A stretch of 64,000 nucleotides of DNA, taken from the IMG/VR virus record IMGVR_UViG_3300027733_000050, positions 1 through 64,000 of that record. One strand, written 5' to 3'. Within the stretch, counting starts at the first letter, position 1. Every line of letters starts with the position of its first letter. Shown here one piece after another: positions 39,201 through 47,091 of this stretch. A program made the position numbers and the translations under genes. A model generated the notes under the pieces. The model was not told the origin of the DNA. It was given only the letters and a program-made list of their open reading frames with translations, and ran no database searches. Origin of the DNA: a virus.

Positions 39201-42010
39201 TAAGAGGGAACCTAATGTCTGTACGAAGTGCATTGACTGGATTATACTCTAACTTAATAAACATGGGAGTGTTTAAATACAGAAATCTTGTACAGTCTGT
39301 ATTGAGTATTCCATTTGCTATACTTAAAAAAGCTGGCATAAATACTTTTGGACTAGAAAAATATCAGTTTTTTAATACTCCAATTGTATCAAACATTAAG
39401 TACGGATTATTCCTAGATGTATTACAGGATGCTATTGTTGGTGTTACAAAGGCTATTGCTACATTAGGAAAGATAATGATCGGAAAGGAATCGTTTAGAG
39501 GGTTCCTAGATAAATCACCTACAGCCAACAGAGTATTTAATATTATAAAGTATGGTTCTTCAGCACTTGAGGGAGGATCTCCTGTGATATTAGATAAGAG
39601 TAACCACACGATGACAGCTATCAGAAAAGCAATGACATCTAAAGGTGGTAAGACTACACTGAATATTAGAGGAATGAAGATGGATGTAGCTAGCTCATTT
39701 AAGAGAACTAGTTTCAGCAAATGGTTTAAAGTTAACTATCCAGGAAGTGATTACAATTCATTATCTGCAAAGGATAAAAAGATTATTCAAGACGAATTTT
39801 TCAACGATCCTAAGGCTGCTGTACCAACAATAGGTGATAAGGCTGCTGTGTTAGGAAGAGCATTTATGGCCGTTAACTCTGAGTTTGTATTTAGATTAGT
39901 AGCCTTATCGGATTACCTTCCCAAGACTTATGCAAACAATATAGAGATGACTAGACTTGCTCAGACTCTTGGACTAGATGAGAATCAAACTCAGCTATTC
40001 ATGAGGGATCCTGCAAAGTACATAGAGATCATGTCAAATGTATTAACTCCAGAGGCTTTAAACTTTTGGATTGATACAGTAGCAGAGGTTACAGTTACAA
40101 AGGATACAGGATTAGGAAAGGCATCTACAGCTTTCGTAGAGGGCATAAAAAATTATGTTCCTATGAAATTAATGAGAGCATTCCCAGGATTAAGTGATAA
40201 CAAGGCGTTTATAAATGCTGTAGGTGTTTGGCAATTTATTATTGACTCTATTGTTCCGTTTGTTAAGATACCTATGAATGCTATCAGTTTAACAGCGGAC
40301 TTCTTAATTCCTAGTAAGCCGTTTATGAAGGCAATCTATTTTAGTGCATTAGCAATTAAAAATAAAGGAACAGATCAAGCTGAAGCATACGCATTGTCTG
40401 CAATGAAAAACTACTCTATGACCGTTGTAGCATTAGGTTTAAGATCATTAGCAGTTGGTTTGGTGTCAGTTCCAGGACTAGTTGTATTAGCACCAGGGAA
40501 GGATGATGACGATGAGAAGAAGAAAATGAAATCTAAGTTCTCAAGAATGTCAATCAATATCGATGCATTAAAGAGATACTTTACACCAGGAGAAGATCCT
40601 TCATATAAGGATGGTGATCAATACCACTCATTAACAGCATATGGTGTATTAGGGATTTTAATTTATAACTATGCATCAATCAATGACCAAGCTAACAAAA
40701 AATATTACGATGAAATAAGCAAGGCTCCTAAAAACTTATTGCCAAGCGAGGGTATTACATCAAATCCTTTTGATATGTCTACAAGTGGATTTTTAGAGCT
40801 AGAATTAAAGGCATTTGAGGCTAGTCAGTTCTTTATCGATCAGTCATGGTTCGTTGGTATTAATTCAGCGTTGCAGGGATTAACTGGTGGTGAAAAAGGA
40901 GCAGATCAGTTTGTAAATAATTACATAGGAACATTATTGTCTACGTGGTGGGGATTCTCTTCACATGCTCAACAAATATCTGATATGTACAGAGAGATAA
41001 CTGGTAAGCCAGTATTTGATGTAACGCTCCCAACAGAATTGCAGAATGTGAAAAAAGAAGGGTATCCAGGAGTATTTAGTGACCGTATATGGAACAACAT
41101 ATTTAAGAAGAATGAACTTATTCATGATGCTATTATGAAATCTCCAGAGGATAGTGAATACATTAAGTTTAGTATGTATGGTGAGAAAATGAGTCCAGTA
41201 GCAGGAAATACTAAAAATAAATTAGATGTTGCTTTGTCTATCGCAGCTCCAGCTAGAAGGGTTACTCCAAACTTAACCAAGGAAGAAAGATTTTACATGG
41301 CTGTATATGAAAACAAAAATAAGATTAATATTCCAGGGTATGAATTAAGTTTAGCTGAACCAACTATGAATAAAACAGAGAAGTTAAAAGTGTTTTATAA
41401 GGTGGCTGAGTTTGGTCAGGTAGCTGAGACAATAAATGTAATGATCATGCCAAAGGAATACAACAAGATTAACGAAATGGCAGGTGATGCCCTAAGGGAT
41501 TTACACTCTACTTTATTAAGCGAACAAGGTTTATTAGACTTTGAGGTAAGAGGAAAAGTTATAAGCCCAGAAGATATTATGTCCAAAAACTGGGGCAATA
41601 CTAAAGAGGTTGCAAATGTAAGAAATGCAATTGCTGTATCTATTTCAGAGGGGAATAAATTATTAAACACTTTCCTAAAACCATGGGAACTGTTTAGTAA
41701 ACCTGTAACTAATTATATTGGTAAGGAGGAGGCTGCTGTTATTCAAGAGGTAAGATCACTAATTGATACTAGACTATTAACTTACAAGGTTTTAAATCCA
41801 AATACAGGTAAAATGGAAATGCTTTCAAGTTATTTAGTGACTAACCCTGAGTTATCTAATAAATTATACAACCTAGCAAAAGAATCAATCCTATTGTATT
41901 TAAAGGCAGCTAGTGAAGCTATAAATAAAAACGATAAGTATAGAGAGCTATTAGACAACCCAGAAATAACAATAGAGCAAGAAAAAGCTAGAAAAGAAGG
42001 TAATTTTTAA
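33266..42010 (+). CDS. giant modular virion protein (2914 aa) with a recurrent ISFR linker motif, a GNAT-like module and a zincin-like HExxH module
   Basis: SFR tripeptide in a conserved context ((D/E/G)(I/M/P)SFRx(D/E)E) occurs seven times (nt about 34523, 34934, 35651, 37283, 37634, 38465, 39485) plus an ISFQ variant at 33418; GNAT-like KNGIGKLYIEQL...SARGFWEKMGAIF (nt about 37300-37620); FNHEIIHGL at nt 37952-37966. Confidence 0.6.
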   Translation: MAKPCIVKYKGKEYSVEQFSAMLHDGLLNNLIESGAIDQNKLKGDLKLLQDNEISFQLENIFLNSPDKLSSLTEVANFLNDFIKANKLFEDKIENVADDIVVKEFANHISKELKAWDKVKGSKYIGFYDEDIPVRLNPELQKFAEKRYGRKLQDFEVSLYHIVSAFASPSADPKFDSSKGLEVFDKYMKTGVLTGYTDKQATEWEKNAKGKKVDTGRLKFDKNGNPVMKQVAKAYAVDSLEKVKTVIDKFNGDVEKAVNWLFSIHSYQELSDIMNLPTKGEKALSENEYLSKSDGGYGVFAVTGVKLGSYILNRVGNYSTVTKDMWYARTMARLAGESLLEDGEAIKSPWSLTKANLRKRVLADKAFAIVAKKLKTTPAIIQQRIWDFEKRLYEQLGTVEKEGYASEGFIKKAKEILGGDISFRFEKSGTATIKNAPKGTYLNIGLLKGETEELISIDEVLSNLPSDVKVVKQRQVTGTEPTLALQISRKMSDQEMEDFRNATAQMAIPQLSDGKGVIHGTQEWGEFNPEFFVLPNNKQLSSIEGVEITSVEPNEEGPSFRRDDIEATAKALEGVGLTNIWQAVIGNRKYGKPVRVKEDGKTFTIKRTDPATNEPYGFELGDGSPYIRTESGEYTNGDSTYESWNQFLQINEGSGVLDGISDLNDTTEAEVRAREKDLNVSFNTLSDLGFWNKASNIVANFLGYDSPMQAQEQSKEDTEIWKNLVSKAVDLFNSGKIENIVDFYSKVFGMSKEEATDRSGYKTPFTYLSEQYYDAKDNGSNPNLVKAVEDQIGEQGGISFRLTEPSGVSYNETLKMVGLTPSSLEEYAKTIKVTQRQKRIPEAQKAAEEYRKGNITQEQYIKTVREKQPITPLKSVPVIPSLKRVVTSLATDKVEKGIIGLTKEVPNGTLVGLRLDIPAYDSYDTWVVSVHDGANRTSKGGSIGYGQAAVIKNVTFGAEPKATLAIAVDKAKAPIARMFGEWVNEDPQSVKERAEKLMNDPAWTQVGMNPFRHSWFYDKANGNPVISADEVIQVGALVLAKNVVMGSITDKRFATKNDKGEQIFFRKEDKVKGSYFEPAMTTDSKGNYVFFHFSTAPLKSLMKGIDSRKYYSTRTSRDEKGLQYGVASYYTKPTDSENVVGGDKYYVTISPDKVYPMDLDPNGYRAAAEKKIKKNTPFRESKISKEIANAAARDGYEMAVGEWSFDRSGLTKSEIPEFRGDALVPLKPTEITGKEKFKTGEERGIKTEHPDRARLAFNQQVEDLASDIDSYKSSKGKFDDAYEIASTVMVYGGIVEDYGTPNQRVRPLTMKEFDTMTKGLSPKLKQRAEKIRGQMEDNQGMSFRIDEKEIEKPTKNADGSLRYNFNLIQNGKKVGNVVYDILKNKLIIQSINSFKNGIGKLYIEQLKNKYPDKKITGYSTVSARGFWEKMGAIFNESDKQENYDDDSGDLTGFELPNEISFRIDENYKNNIEKQLGKFDEQNKNKKFPSALEVAKYVLPKDIFDRYRNLYEMAARNNIQVTIDLERLPYNAVATYSYGFINLSKLKSSYNINNYEEFAEVFNHEIIHGLLSKGIDGFTKKFDFHNNLQNIMQAVIDNSDSASENVKAIISYIVEAGEEFKVKDYYNATKEESESGNYRTVNDLEELITYAFTNTEFAEFLDSIPASKDIDVKGKSIFQQLKNIIRDYIKKLVKGPTALDEINSVLDKFLDTAWNEQDIAERNSQYNWGLKFNADEISFRADMGQRRITSNPRLMAMLYGANFKDLRRAINISPDSFYTPQKYSQLKPQIANMSDAELLAAIDVDTALEDIFRSTDGPIVGLAFIEYINRLKNLIANTTDQNDIDLYEELIQNAYDSVAPFTTKVAQILRQLGEIKSTIKKDEVQFYLDMIESLINANGYMINEDHRDALRGIIEVVLNSKKNYTTLFQDLVNKGSGVTAQDIQDLNMAEVELQNANAALNMIVAFLSPPSSKDFWSGVLRGNLMSVRSALTGLYSNLINMGVFKYRNLVQSVLSIPFAILKKAGINTFGLEKYQFFNTPIVSNIKYGLFLDVLQDAIVGVTKAIATLGKIMIGKESFRGFLDKSPTANRVFNIIKYGSSALEGGSPVILDKSNHTMTAIRKAMTSKGGKTTLNIRGMKMDVASSFKRTSFSKWFKVNYPGSDYNSLSAKDKKIIQDEFFNDPKAAVPTIGDKAAVLGRAFMAVNSEFVFRLVALSDYLPKTYANNIEMTRLAQTLGLDENQTQLFMRDPAKYIEIMSNVLTPEALNFWIDTVAEVTVTKDTGLGKASTAFVEGIKNYVPMKLMRAFPGLSDNKAFINAVGVWQFIIDSIVPFVKIPMNAISLTADFLIPSKPFMKAIYFSALAIKNKGTDQAEAYALSAMKNYSMTVVALGLRSLAVGLVSVPGLVVLAPGKDDDDEKKKMKSKFSRMSINIDALKRYFTPGEDPSYKDGDQYHSLTAYGVLGILIYNYASINDQANKKYYDEISKAPKNLLPSEGITSNPFDMSTSGFLELELKAFEASQFFIDQSWFVGINSALQGLTGGEKGADQFVNNYIGTLLSTWWGFSSHAQQISDMYREITGKPVFDVTLPTELQNVKKEGYPGVFSDRIWNNIFKKNELIHDAIMKSPEDSEYIKFSMYGEKMSPVAGNTKNKLDVALSIAAPARRVTPNLTKEERFYMAVYENKNKINIPGYELSLAEPTMNKTEKLKVFYKVAEFGQVAETINVMIMPKEYNKINEMAGDALRDLHSTLLSEQGLLDFEVRGKVISPEDIMSKNWGNTKEVANVRNAIAVSISEGNKLLNTFLKPWELFSKPVTNYIGKEEAAVIQEVRSLIDTRLLTYKVLNPNTGKMEMLSSYLVTNPELSNKLYNLAKESILLYLKAASEAINKNDKYRELLDNPEITIEQEKARKEGNF

Positions 42011-42022
42011 TATATTTGTATC

Positions 42023-42616
42023 ATGGCACTTACATTAAAAGCAAGCGTAATAGCTGAAGAAACAGGAACATTTACGGTACAGGATACCACAGGAGTATAT
42101 ACATCAAATAATCCAACTGGATATGGGGCTCCTAATCCACAGATTATATACTTTACATCTGCTGATTTGACTGTATCTGTACCAGAACCAGAAACATTTC
42201 TTCCAGCACCTACGCCAGTTACATACAGCATAAATATGTACCCAACGCTTCCAAATACTGGATCACCGTTATACTACATAGACTATTCTATGTTGGGAGG
42301 AAATGCTGCAAATAAATGTCCTGATGGAGTATATGAGTTTACATACGAGGCTTATGACGATGACAATGGTGACTTGTATACTTGGAACGGTAGCGTATTG
42401 ATGTATGCTAATACATTATGTTGCTTGGCTAACCTAGCTATTGCTGGAACCAACTCAGGCTGTGGCTGTGGGTGCGGAAGCAAGATGAGCAGATTTGAAA
42501 AGGGTATGTTAATGCTTGAGGCTGCTAAGTACGCTACGTCTTGTAATAACACTACAGCTGCTGCAAAGGCTTTGCTAGCTGCTAGTGAGTTGTGTAACGG
42601 ATGCAAAGATTGTTAA
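42023..42616 (+). CDS. hypothetical protein with Cys-rich C-terminus (197 aa)
   Basis: ORF track; C-terminal GCGCGCGS...CNGCKDC cysteine cluster. Confidence 0.45.
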   Translation: MALTLKASVIAEETGTFTVQDTTGVYTSNNPTGYGAPNPQIIYFTSADLTVSVPEPETFLPAPTPVTYSINMYPTLPNTGSPLYYIDYSMLGGNAANKCPDGVYEFTYEAYDDDNGDLYTWNGSVLMYANTLCCLANLAIAGTNSGCGCGCGSKMSRFEKGMLMLEAAKYATSCNNTTAAAKALLAASELCNGCKDC

Positions 42617-42617
42617 G

Positions 42618-43271
42618 ATGGCAAAGATAACCTTCAACTCAGAAACATATAACGCATTCTTAGCTGAAAAGAAGTGCTGTATAGCTACTCAGGTTTCTGA
42701 GTATGTAGATGCAATGTACTCTGCCAGCTCAGATGCTGATTGTTTGTTGGATGAGCTGAGAGAGAATATCTACTATTTAAAATTCCTAGAGGCTGGCTAC
42801 ATTCCTGTAGGAGATGTGCTGTATCCAGAGAATGGATCGTGTGCTAATTATGATGAAGGAATTGATTATACTAATATATTTCTTCCTGGAGATAAAATAA
42901 CAATTCATTATACGCTTTATTTTTATGATTTAGATGGAGATTTAGCTACTAAAAATTTTACTTTTAATCCTGGTGCTAATCCTGGTGCTGTTGGATCTCC
43001 AACTTATATAGATAATTATTTAACGGTAGGATTGCAAAGTGCTGGTTTTAATAATGTACAAGTTACAGTTGAGTATTCATATCCAAATTTTAGCATTAAA
43101 ATAAGTGGAAACAATTTAATTGTTTTTAAATTAGTTGATGTAGATAATGAATTTAATGATTTTTATACCTACTCCTGCGACTATGTCTACGCATCCGAAG
43201 ATACTAACTGCCTTACAGATGACGATGCTGTAAAGATGTCTAACCTTATTCACTGTGATTGTTGCAATTAA
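42618..43271 (+). CDS. hypothetical protein with Cys-rich C-terminus (217 aa from ATG at 42618)
   Basis: ATG at 42618 (MAKITFNSE) follows the upstream TAA by 1 nt; the ORF track starts earlier at 42585; ends ..IHCDCCN. Confidence 0.45.
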   Translation: MAKITFNSETYNAFLAEKKCCIATQVSEYVDAMYSASSDADCLLDELRENIYYLKFLEAGYIPVGDVLYPENGSCANYDEGIDYTNIFLPGDKITIHYTLYFYDLDGDLATKNFTFNPGANPGAVGSPTYIDNYLTVGLQSAGFNNVQVTVEYSYPNFSIKISGNNLIVFKLVDVDNEFNDFYTYSCDYVYASEDTNCLTDDDAVKMSNLIHCDCCN

Positions 43272-43485
43272 TATGGAAAAGCAAAGTAACATACTATCGA
43301 AGGTTAATACCATACTGATTGCATTCTGTGCATTTATATTAACGGATATCTATCGTGACTTTAAGATGATGAAGGAAGAGGTGATGGATCATAAGTATCA
43401 GATTAAGAGTATGAACCAGCAGATCATAGATCTAAAGGCTATACTACCAAAGAATCAAACTTACGTTAGTGCTAAAATAAATTAA
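43255..43485 (+). CDS. small membrane protein (one TM plus helical tail); lysis-associated candidate
   Basis: ORF track (the alternative start MEKQSN at 43273 is as likely); single hydrophobic helix ILIAFCAFILTDIY. Confidence 0.4.
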   Translation: MIVAINMEKQSNILSKVNTILIAFCAFILTDIYRDFKMMKEEVMDHKYQIKSMNQQIIDLKAILPKNQTYVSAKIN

Positions 43486-43486
43486 A

Positions 43487-43696
43487 ATGAATTTAAAATT
43501 GAAAAACTACTGGGAACCTACACCGAAATTATTTAGAGTTATCGGTGACACGTTATTATCTGTTGGTAGTATTGCTACTACATATAGCATTATCTCTGAT
43601 ATGAAAGAAATTGCAATTGCTTGTTTAATTTGCTCTATTGTTGGAAAGTTCATGACTAACATGGCTACACTAGGCGAAGGCGAAAATCAACAATAA
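43487..43696 (+). CDS. holin-like small membrane protein (two predicted TM helices)
   Basis: 69 aa; hydrophobic segments LLSVGSIATTYSII and IAIACLICSIVGKF; position upstream of the lysozyme. Confidence 0.45.
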   Translation: MNLKLKNYWEPTPKLFRVIGDTLLSVGSIATTYSIISDMKEIAIACLICSIVGKFMTNMATLGEGENQQ

Positions 43697-44271
43697 TGCA
43701 TAAACCAGAGTTCCTTGCTACAATAGCGTTCTGTTGTTTACTGATTGTACTGTGCTTTAGTACATGCTGTGATGTTAACAGCCCAGAGGTTATTGTAAAA
43801 AGAGATACGATGGTTATAAAGGGGAACCCTGATACATTAATTGTAAGGGATACAATTAACAAAACAATCATTAAACCTAAGCCATATGCAGTCTTTCCTA
43901 CACCTATCTCAAATGATCCTAGTCTTCATAATCTCGATAGTATTCGCATTTATACTAATGATTATGTCGATGACCAAGGACATATTCAAGTATCTGATTC
44001 AGTGCGTGGAATATTGCTACATCAAAGTATATCTGCTACTTTACAGAGTAAGGTTATATCTAAAACGGATACTGTAGTAATAAAGGTAGACAGCATGATC
44101 CTGCCTAAGCCATGGAGTTTTTTTGTAGGAGGAACTATCATCGGTGGCCAAAGCCAGGCAAATAATTTATTTGTTACAGGAGGTGCTGTTAACAATAACA
44201 AGCAATATCAAATTGGATACGATCCATTCAATAAATCTTTTTTAGTTGGTTTTGGAATTAAAATAAAGTGA
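43696..44271 (+). CDS. lipoprotein/membrane-anchored protein (191 aa), spanin-like candidate
   Basis: N-terminal signal with Cys cluster (LIVLCFSTCCD); immediately upstream of the lysozyme with an overlapping start. Confidence 0.4.
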   Translation: MHKPEFLATIAFCCLLIVLCFSTCCDVNSPEVIVKRDTMVIKGNPDTLIVRDTINKTIIKPKPYAVFPTPISNDPSLHNLDSIRIYTNDYVDDQGHIQVSDSVRGILLHQSISATLQSKVISKTDTVVIKVDSMILPKPWSFFVGGTIIGGQSQANNLFVTGGAVNNNKQYQIGYDPFNKSFLVGFGIKIK

Positions 44272-44272
44272 C

Positions 44273-44725
44273 ATGGAAAAGGTAACTGGAACAAACGGAT
44301 TGAACTTAATAAAGAAGAAAGAGGGTTTTGTTTCGATACCTTATAAATGTCAGGCTGGTGTTCCAACAATAGGTTACGGATCTACTTACTATGAGGATGG
44401 TACAAAGGTTACAATGGCCGATCCTGGGATAACAGAGGTGCAGGCAACTAAACTTTTAAGCAATACAATCAAAGGATTTGAAAAGGCTGTAAACACTTAC
44501 GTCACCAGCGACATTAATCAGAATCAGTTTGATGCTCTAGTTAGCTTCACTTACAATGTAGGGCCTGATCAGTTTAAAAAATCTACATTACTAAAGTATA
44601 TTAATAATAATCCTAACGATCCTAACATAGCACTTGAGTTTGCTAAGTGGGTAAAGATAAAGGGAAATGTATCGAAGGGCCTTGTTAAAAGAAGAGCCGA
44701 AGAGTCGAGTTTATATTTTTCATAA
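44273..44725 (+). CDS. GH24 phage lysozyme (muramidase)
   Basis: LIKKKEGFVSIPYKCQAGVPTIGYGST motif (catalytic Glu in EGF; TIGYG) and FDALVSFTYNVG are typical of the T4/lambda lysozyme family. Confidence 0.7.
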   Translation: MEKVTGTNGLNLIKKKEGFVSIPYKCQAGVPTIGYGSTYYEDGTKVTMADPGITEVQATKLLSNTIKGFEKAVNTYVTSDINQNQFDALVSFTYNVGPDQFKKSTLLKYINNNPNDPNIALEFAKWVKIKGNVSKGLVKRRAEESSLYFS

Positions 44726-44744
44726 GGGTGAGTTTCCCCACCCC
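44726..44744. other. hairpin (GGGTG-AGTTTCCC-CACCC) between the convergent lysozyme and nuclease genes; possible bidirectional terminator
   Basis: 5-bp GC stem; no strong U-tract on either strand. Confidence 0.3.
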
Positions 44745-44755
44745 TACAAAACATT

Positions 44756-45664
44756 CTAAGGCATATAATAATACTGCGGTAGCGTTAAGTCAACGATGCC
44801 AAACTTATTTTCTGTTAGCATTCTTTTTTCTATAACACTGTTTCCTATCATTGGCCACGTATCATTTTGAATACAGTTTAGTATCTGCCCTAATACTTCT
44901 CTGTACTGAGATCTTCCGAATGCAATATCATCAGGTAATAACCTGTAGATACAATACTCAAACGGATAAGATTTCTCAATGGCAATGTAGAAATAAGAAC
45001 TGACCTGCTTCTGAGTTACCGCCTCTATCCCATCAATCTGAATAGCCGCTTGCATTGGGTAGTTATACCTTGCTACAGACGATGCAAAATCGTTTGGGTA
45101 AGCACTCTCAGTGGTCTTGATGTCTAGCACGACAATCGTTCCATTAGAAAGTTCGACAAATAGGTCTGGCCTAGTCTTCATGGGTAATCCAGTTCCAGCA
45201 TCGTTCCAATAAACAGATTGCTCAACCTTGCCCATAGATAAATATCTAGACAGTAACTCGTTTGCTATAATTGAATTGTACATGATATCAATGTTAGCAC
45301 TCAAGTCGGAGTCAATAATCTCCTTGCCTAAATCTTTTATTCGCTTTACATACTCTTTATTCTCAGTCTTAGCCATCGTACTGCTAGGAAACGGTAGGTC
45401 TGACTTTCTTAATACATGATACTGCATACTAAACTTTAATGGCTCCAGTATACGAGTGTGTACAATGGTTCCGATCTTAGATGCATCAGTTCTTTGCTCC
45501 TTCTCTCTGAAAGGATATCTGAGGAATTTATACATTGACTTCAACCCTTCCTTTAACCAGGAAGAGCTTATAGAGCCATAATCGTTATGATACGACTCTA
45601 TATCTACGTCAGGATGAATCTCAGCTTTTTTGTTGGGATCTATTGTCCATTTTGTGTAGAACAT
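44756..45664 (-). CDS. RecB-family PD-(D/E)XK exonuclease (YqaJ/Cas4-like)
   Basis: DLFVELSNGTIVVLDIKTT (D..E...D.K core) followed by YNYPMQAAIQ (QxxxY motif of the RecB nuclease family); adjacent to RecT. Confidence 0.65.
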   Translation of the reverse strand: MFYTKWTIDPNKKAEIHPDVDIESYHNDYGSISSSWLKEGLKSMYKFLRYPFREKEQRTDASKIGTIVHTRILEPLKFSMQYHVLRKSDLPFPSSTMAKTENKEYVKRIKDLGKEIIDSDLSANIDIMYNSIIANELLSRYLSMGKVEQSVYWNDAGTGLPMKTRPDLFVELSNGTIVVLDIKTTESAYPNDFASSVARYNYPMQAAIQIDGIEAVTQKQVSSYFYIAIEKSYPFEYCIYRLLPDDIAFGRSQYREVLGQILNCIQNDTWPMIGNSVIEKRMLTENKFGIVDLTLPQYYYMP

Positions 45665-45785
45665 GCTCTTGCTTTTTCTATTGCGTTTTTGACGTTAAAG
45701 TAATACTCTCCTATTGGAAGTTTTTTTTCTGATGATTCCTTCATGGCATCTAATCCTGCCTTTAATTCATCAAAGGAATCAAAAC

Positions 45786-46154
45786 TTAAAAAGGGAGATC
45801 ACTACCTCCAACAGTGGACTCTGGCTTAACAGTTACATTAAATCCAACAGGAACTGTCGCTGTTGCAGGGGCAGTAGCTGTGCTTGGTACAGACGTTGGA
45901 TATTGTGTAAAGCTAGGCGTTGGTACAGCCTGCACCGAAGGTGTTGCCTGAACGGTTCCTCCATTGCTGTTGTCTTCTTGCTGAACAGATCCGCTGAAGA
46001 AGTCTTTGCCTCCATTCTTAGACTGCTTCTTCCACAAAGAAACTTTCATTTTTCTTCCATCAGGCATCTCTAGTGTTCCTGACAATACTGGCTTGTTGCC
46101 ATTTGGTTCGTTTTCGAACAGCGTAATGTACGCTACATGTTTGTAATTTGACAT
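45786..46154 (-). CDS. hypothetical protein with Ser/Thr/Pro/Ala-rich C-terminus (122 aa)
   Basis: ORF track; orientation consistent with the minus-strand block, so the overlapping + ORF 45714-46073 is rejected. Confidence 0.45.
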   Translation of the reverse strand: MSNYKHVAYITLFENEPNGNKPVLSGTLEMPDGRKMKVSLWKKQSKNGGKDFFSGSVQQEDNSNGGTVQATPSVQAVPTPSFTQYPTSVPSTATAPATATVPVGFNVTVKPESTVGGSDLPF

Positions 46155-46159
46155 ATGTA

Positions 46160-46354
46160 TTAATTATTTAAGTGTTTTACTAATTGAATCATTATAAATA
46201 TTATGGACAGGATAAAGAACGCATCTCTGTATGCAGCCATTCTAGCGGAGTTAATTACTCTATTATTAAATAATGATAATAGAAAGTCTGATATAGACAG
46301 TATAGTTAACATGCACGAGAATAATACTATGCACAGGTAAGCTAATTCTTTCAT
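46160..46354 (-). CDS. small membrane protein (64 aa)
   Basis: ORF track; two hydrophobic helices. Confidence 0.35.
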   Translation of the reverse strand: MKELAYLCIVLFSCMLTILSISDFLLSLFNNRVINSARMAAYRDAFFILSIIFIMIQLVKHLNN

Positions 46355-47091
46355 TCCTCGTTAGGTATTTCAACAAAGTCAACATCAAGTAAGTCTTCTG
46401 TATGAACAGGATCTGGTGCTGTCTGTTGATCCATTGTAGACATTGCTGAAGCTAATCTAGAAATGTTCATTGCATCATTCTTAGGAAGGTACTTAAACAA
46501 TCTTCTGATGACTGTCTTTCTTGCCATCTCCGTAAAGTCTGTTCCCCATGCACCATTTAACTTCTGCGATTTCTTGTTCATATCTGAACGCATCGCAATG
46601 TTATACACCTCTTGTGCGGTCATGTACTCTACATACTTAGCATCGTTTGATCCAGTAGCAATAGCATACACACCAATGATATCACCAGGATTTCCATTGA
46701 TGACTGGCTTGTGGGTGATGCTTGTTGATGTTCCGTAGTTAATCTCAAATACATCATTGGCATACACAACCCTTGCCTCAACATTCTTTAAGATACCCGA
46801 ACTAACTAACAAGTAAATCAAGCCTTGGTAACCAGGTTGAAATACACACTTACCTTTTCTTGGAACAAGGTATCCATGTCCCATCACAGGATTAAGTGTT
46901 AGTCCACTCATTGCAATGTTTAATACAGAGCTTGCTACCGACTTAGGATCGCATGCTTGTAAGAATGTATTGTTTGATAAAGCCTGCAATGCGTACATTG
47001 CTTCCTTCTCAAATGCCATATCAGGGGCTATTTGTTTGAATCGCTCCTCCTGTGTAGCGATAGCCTGCTGGGCCAATTTAATGTTGCTCAT
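46351..47091 (-). CDS. recT: RecT-family single-strand annealing protein
   Basis: 246 aa; GHGYLVPRKGKCVFQPGYQGL core typical of RecT/Red-beta-like proteins; overlaps the upstream recombinase gene stop. Confidence 0.6.
   Translation of the reverse strand: MSNIKLAQQAIATQEERFKQIAPDMAFEKEAMYALQALSNNTFLQACDPKSVASSVLNIAMSGLTLNPVMGHGYLVPRKGKCVFQPGYQGLIYLLVSSGILKNVEARVVYANDVFEINYGTSTSITHKPVINGNPGDIIGVYAIATGSNDAKYVEYMTAQEVYNIAMRSDMNKKSQKLNGAWGTDFTEMARKTVIRRLFKYLPKNDAMNISRLASAMSTMDQQTAPDPVHTEDLLDVDFVEIPNEE

Noticed and set aside
27412-42010. Virion-packaged RNA polymerase (crAss/N4-like) in the giant proteins
   Set aside because: Searched the 1571-, 1779- and 2914-aa translations for DxDGD / NADFDGD-type catalytic motifs and found none, so no RNAP call is made
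45665-45744. 34-aa minus-strand ORF (MKESSEKKLPIGEYYFNVKNAIEKARACSTQNGQ) overlapping the nuclease start
   Set aside because: Too short and unsupported; possibly a leader peptide, but not reportable as a gene
45714-46073. + strand ORF (119 aa)
   Set aside because: Almost fully overlapped by minus-strand ORF 45786-46154, which fits the strand polarity and packing of the block; Arg/Cys-rich translation typical of an antisense frame
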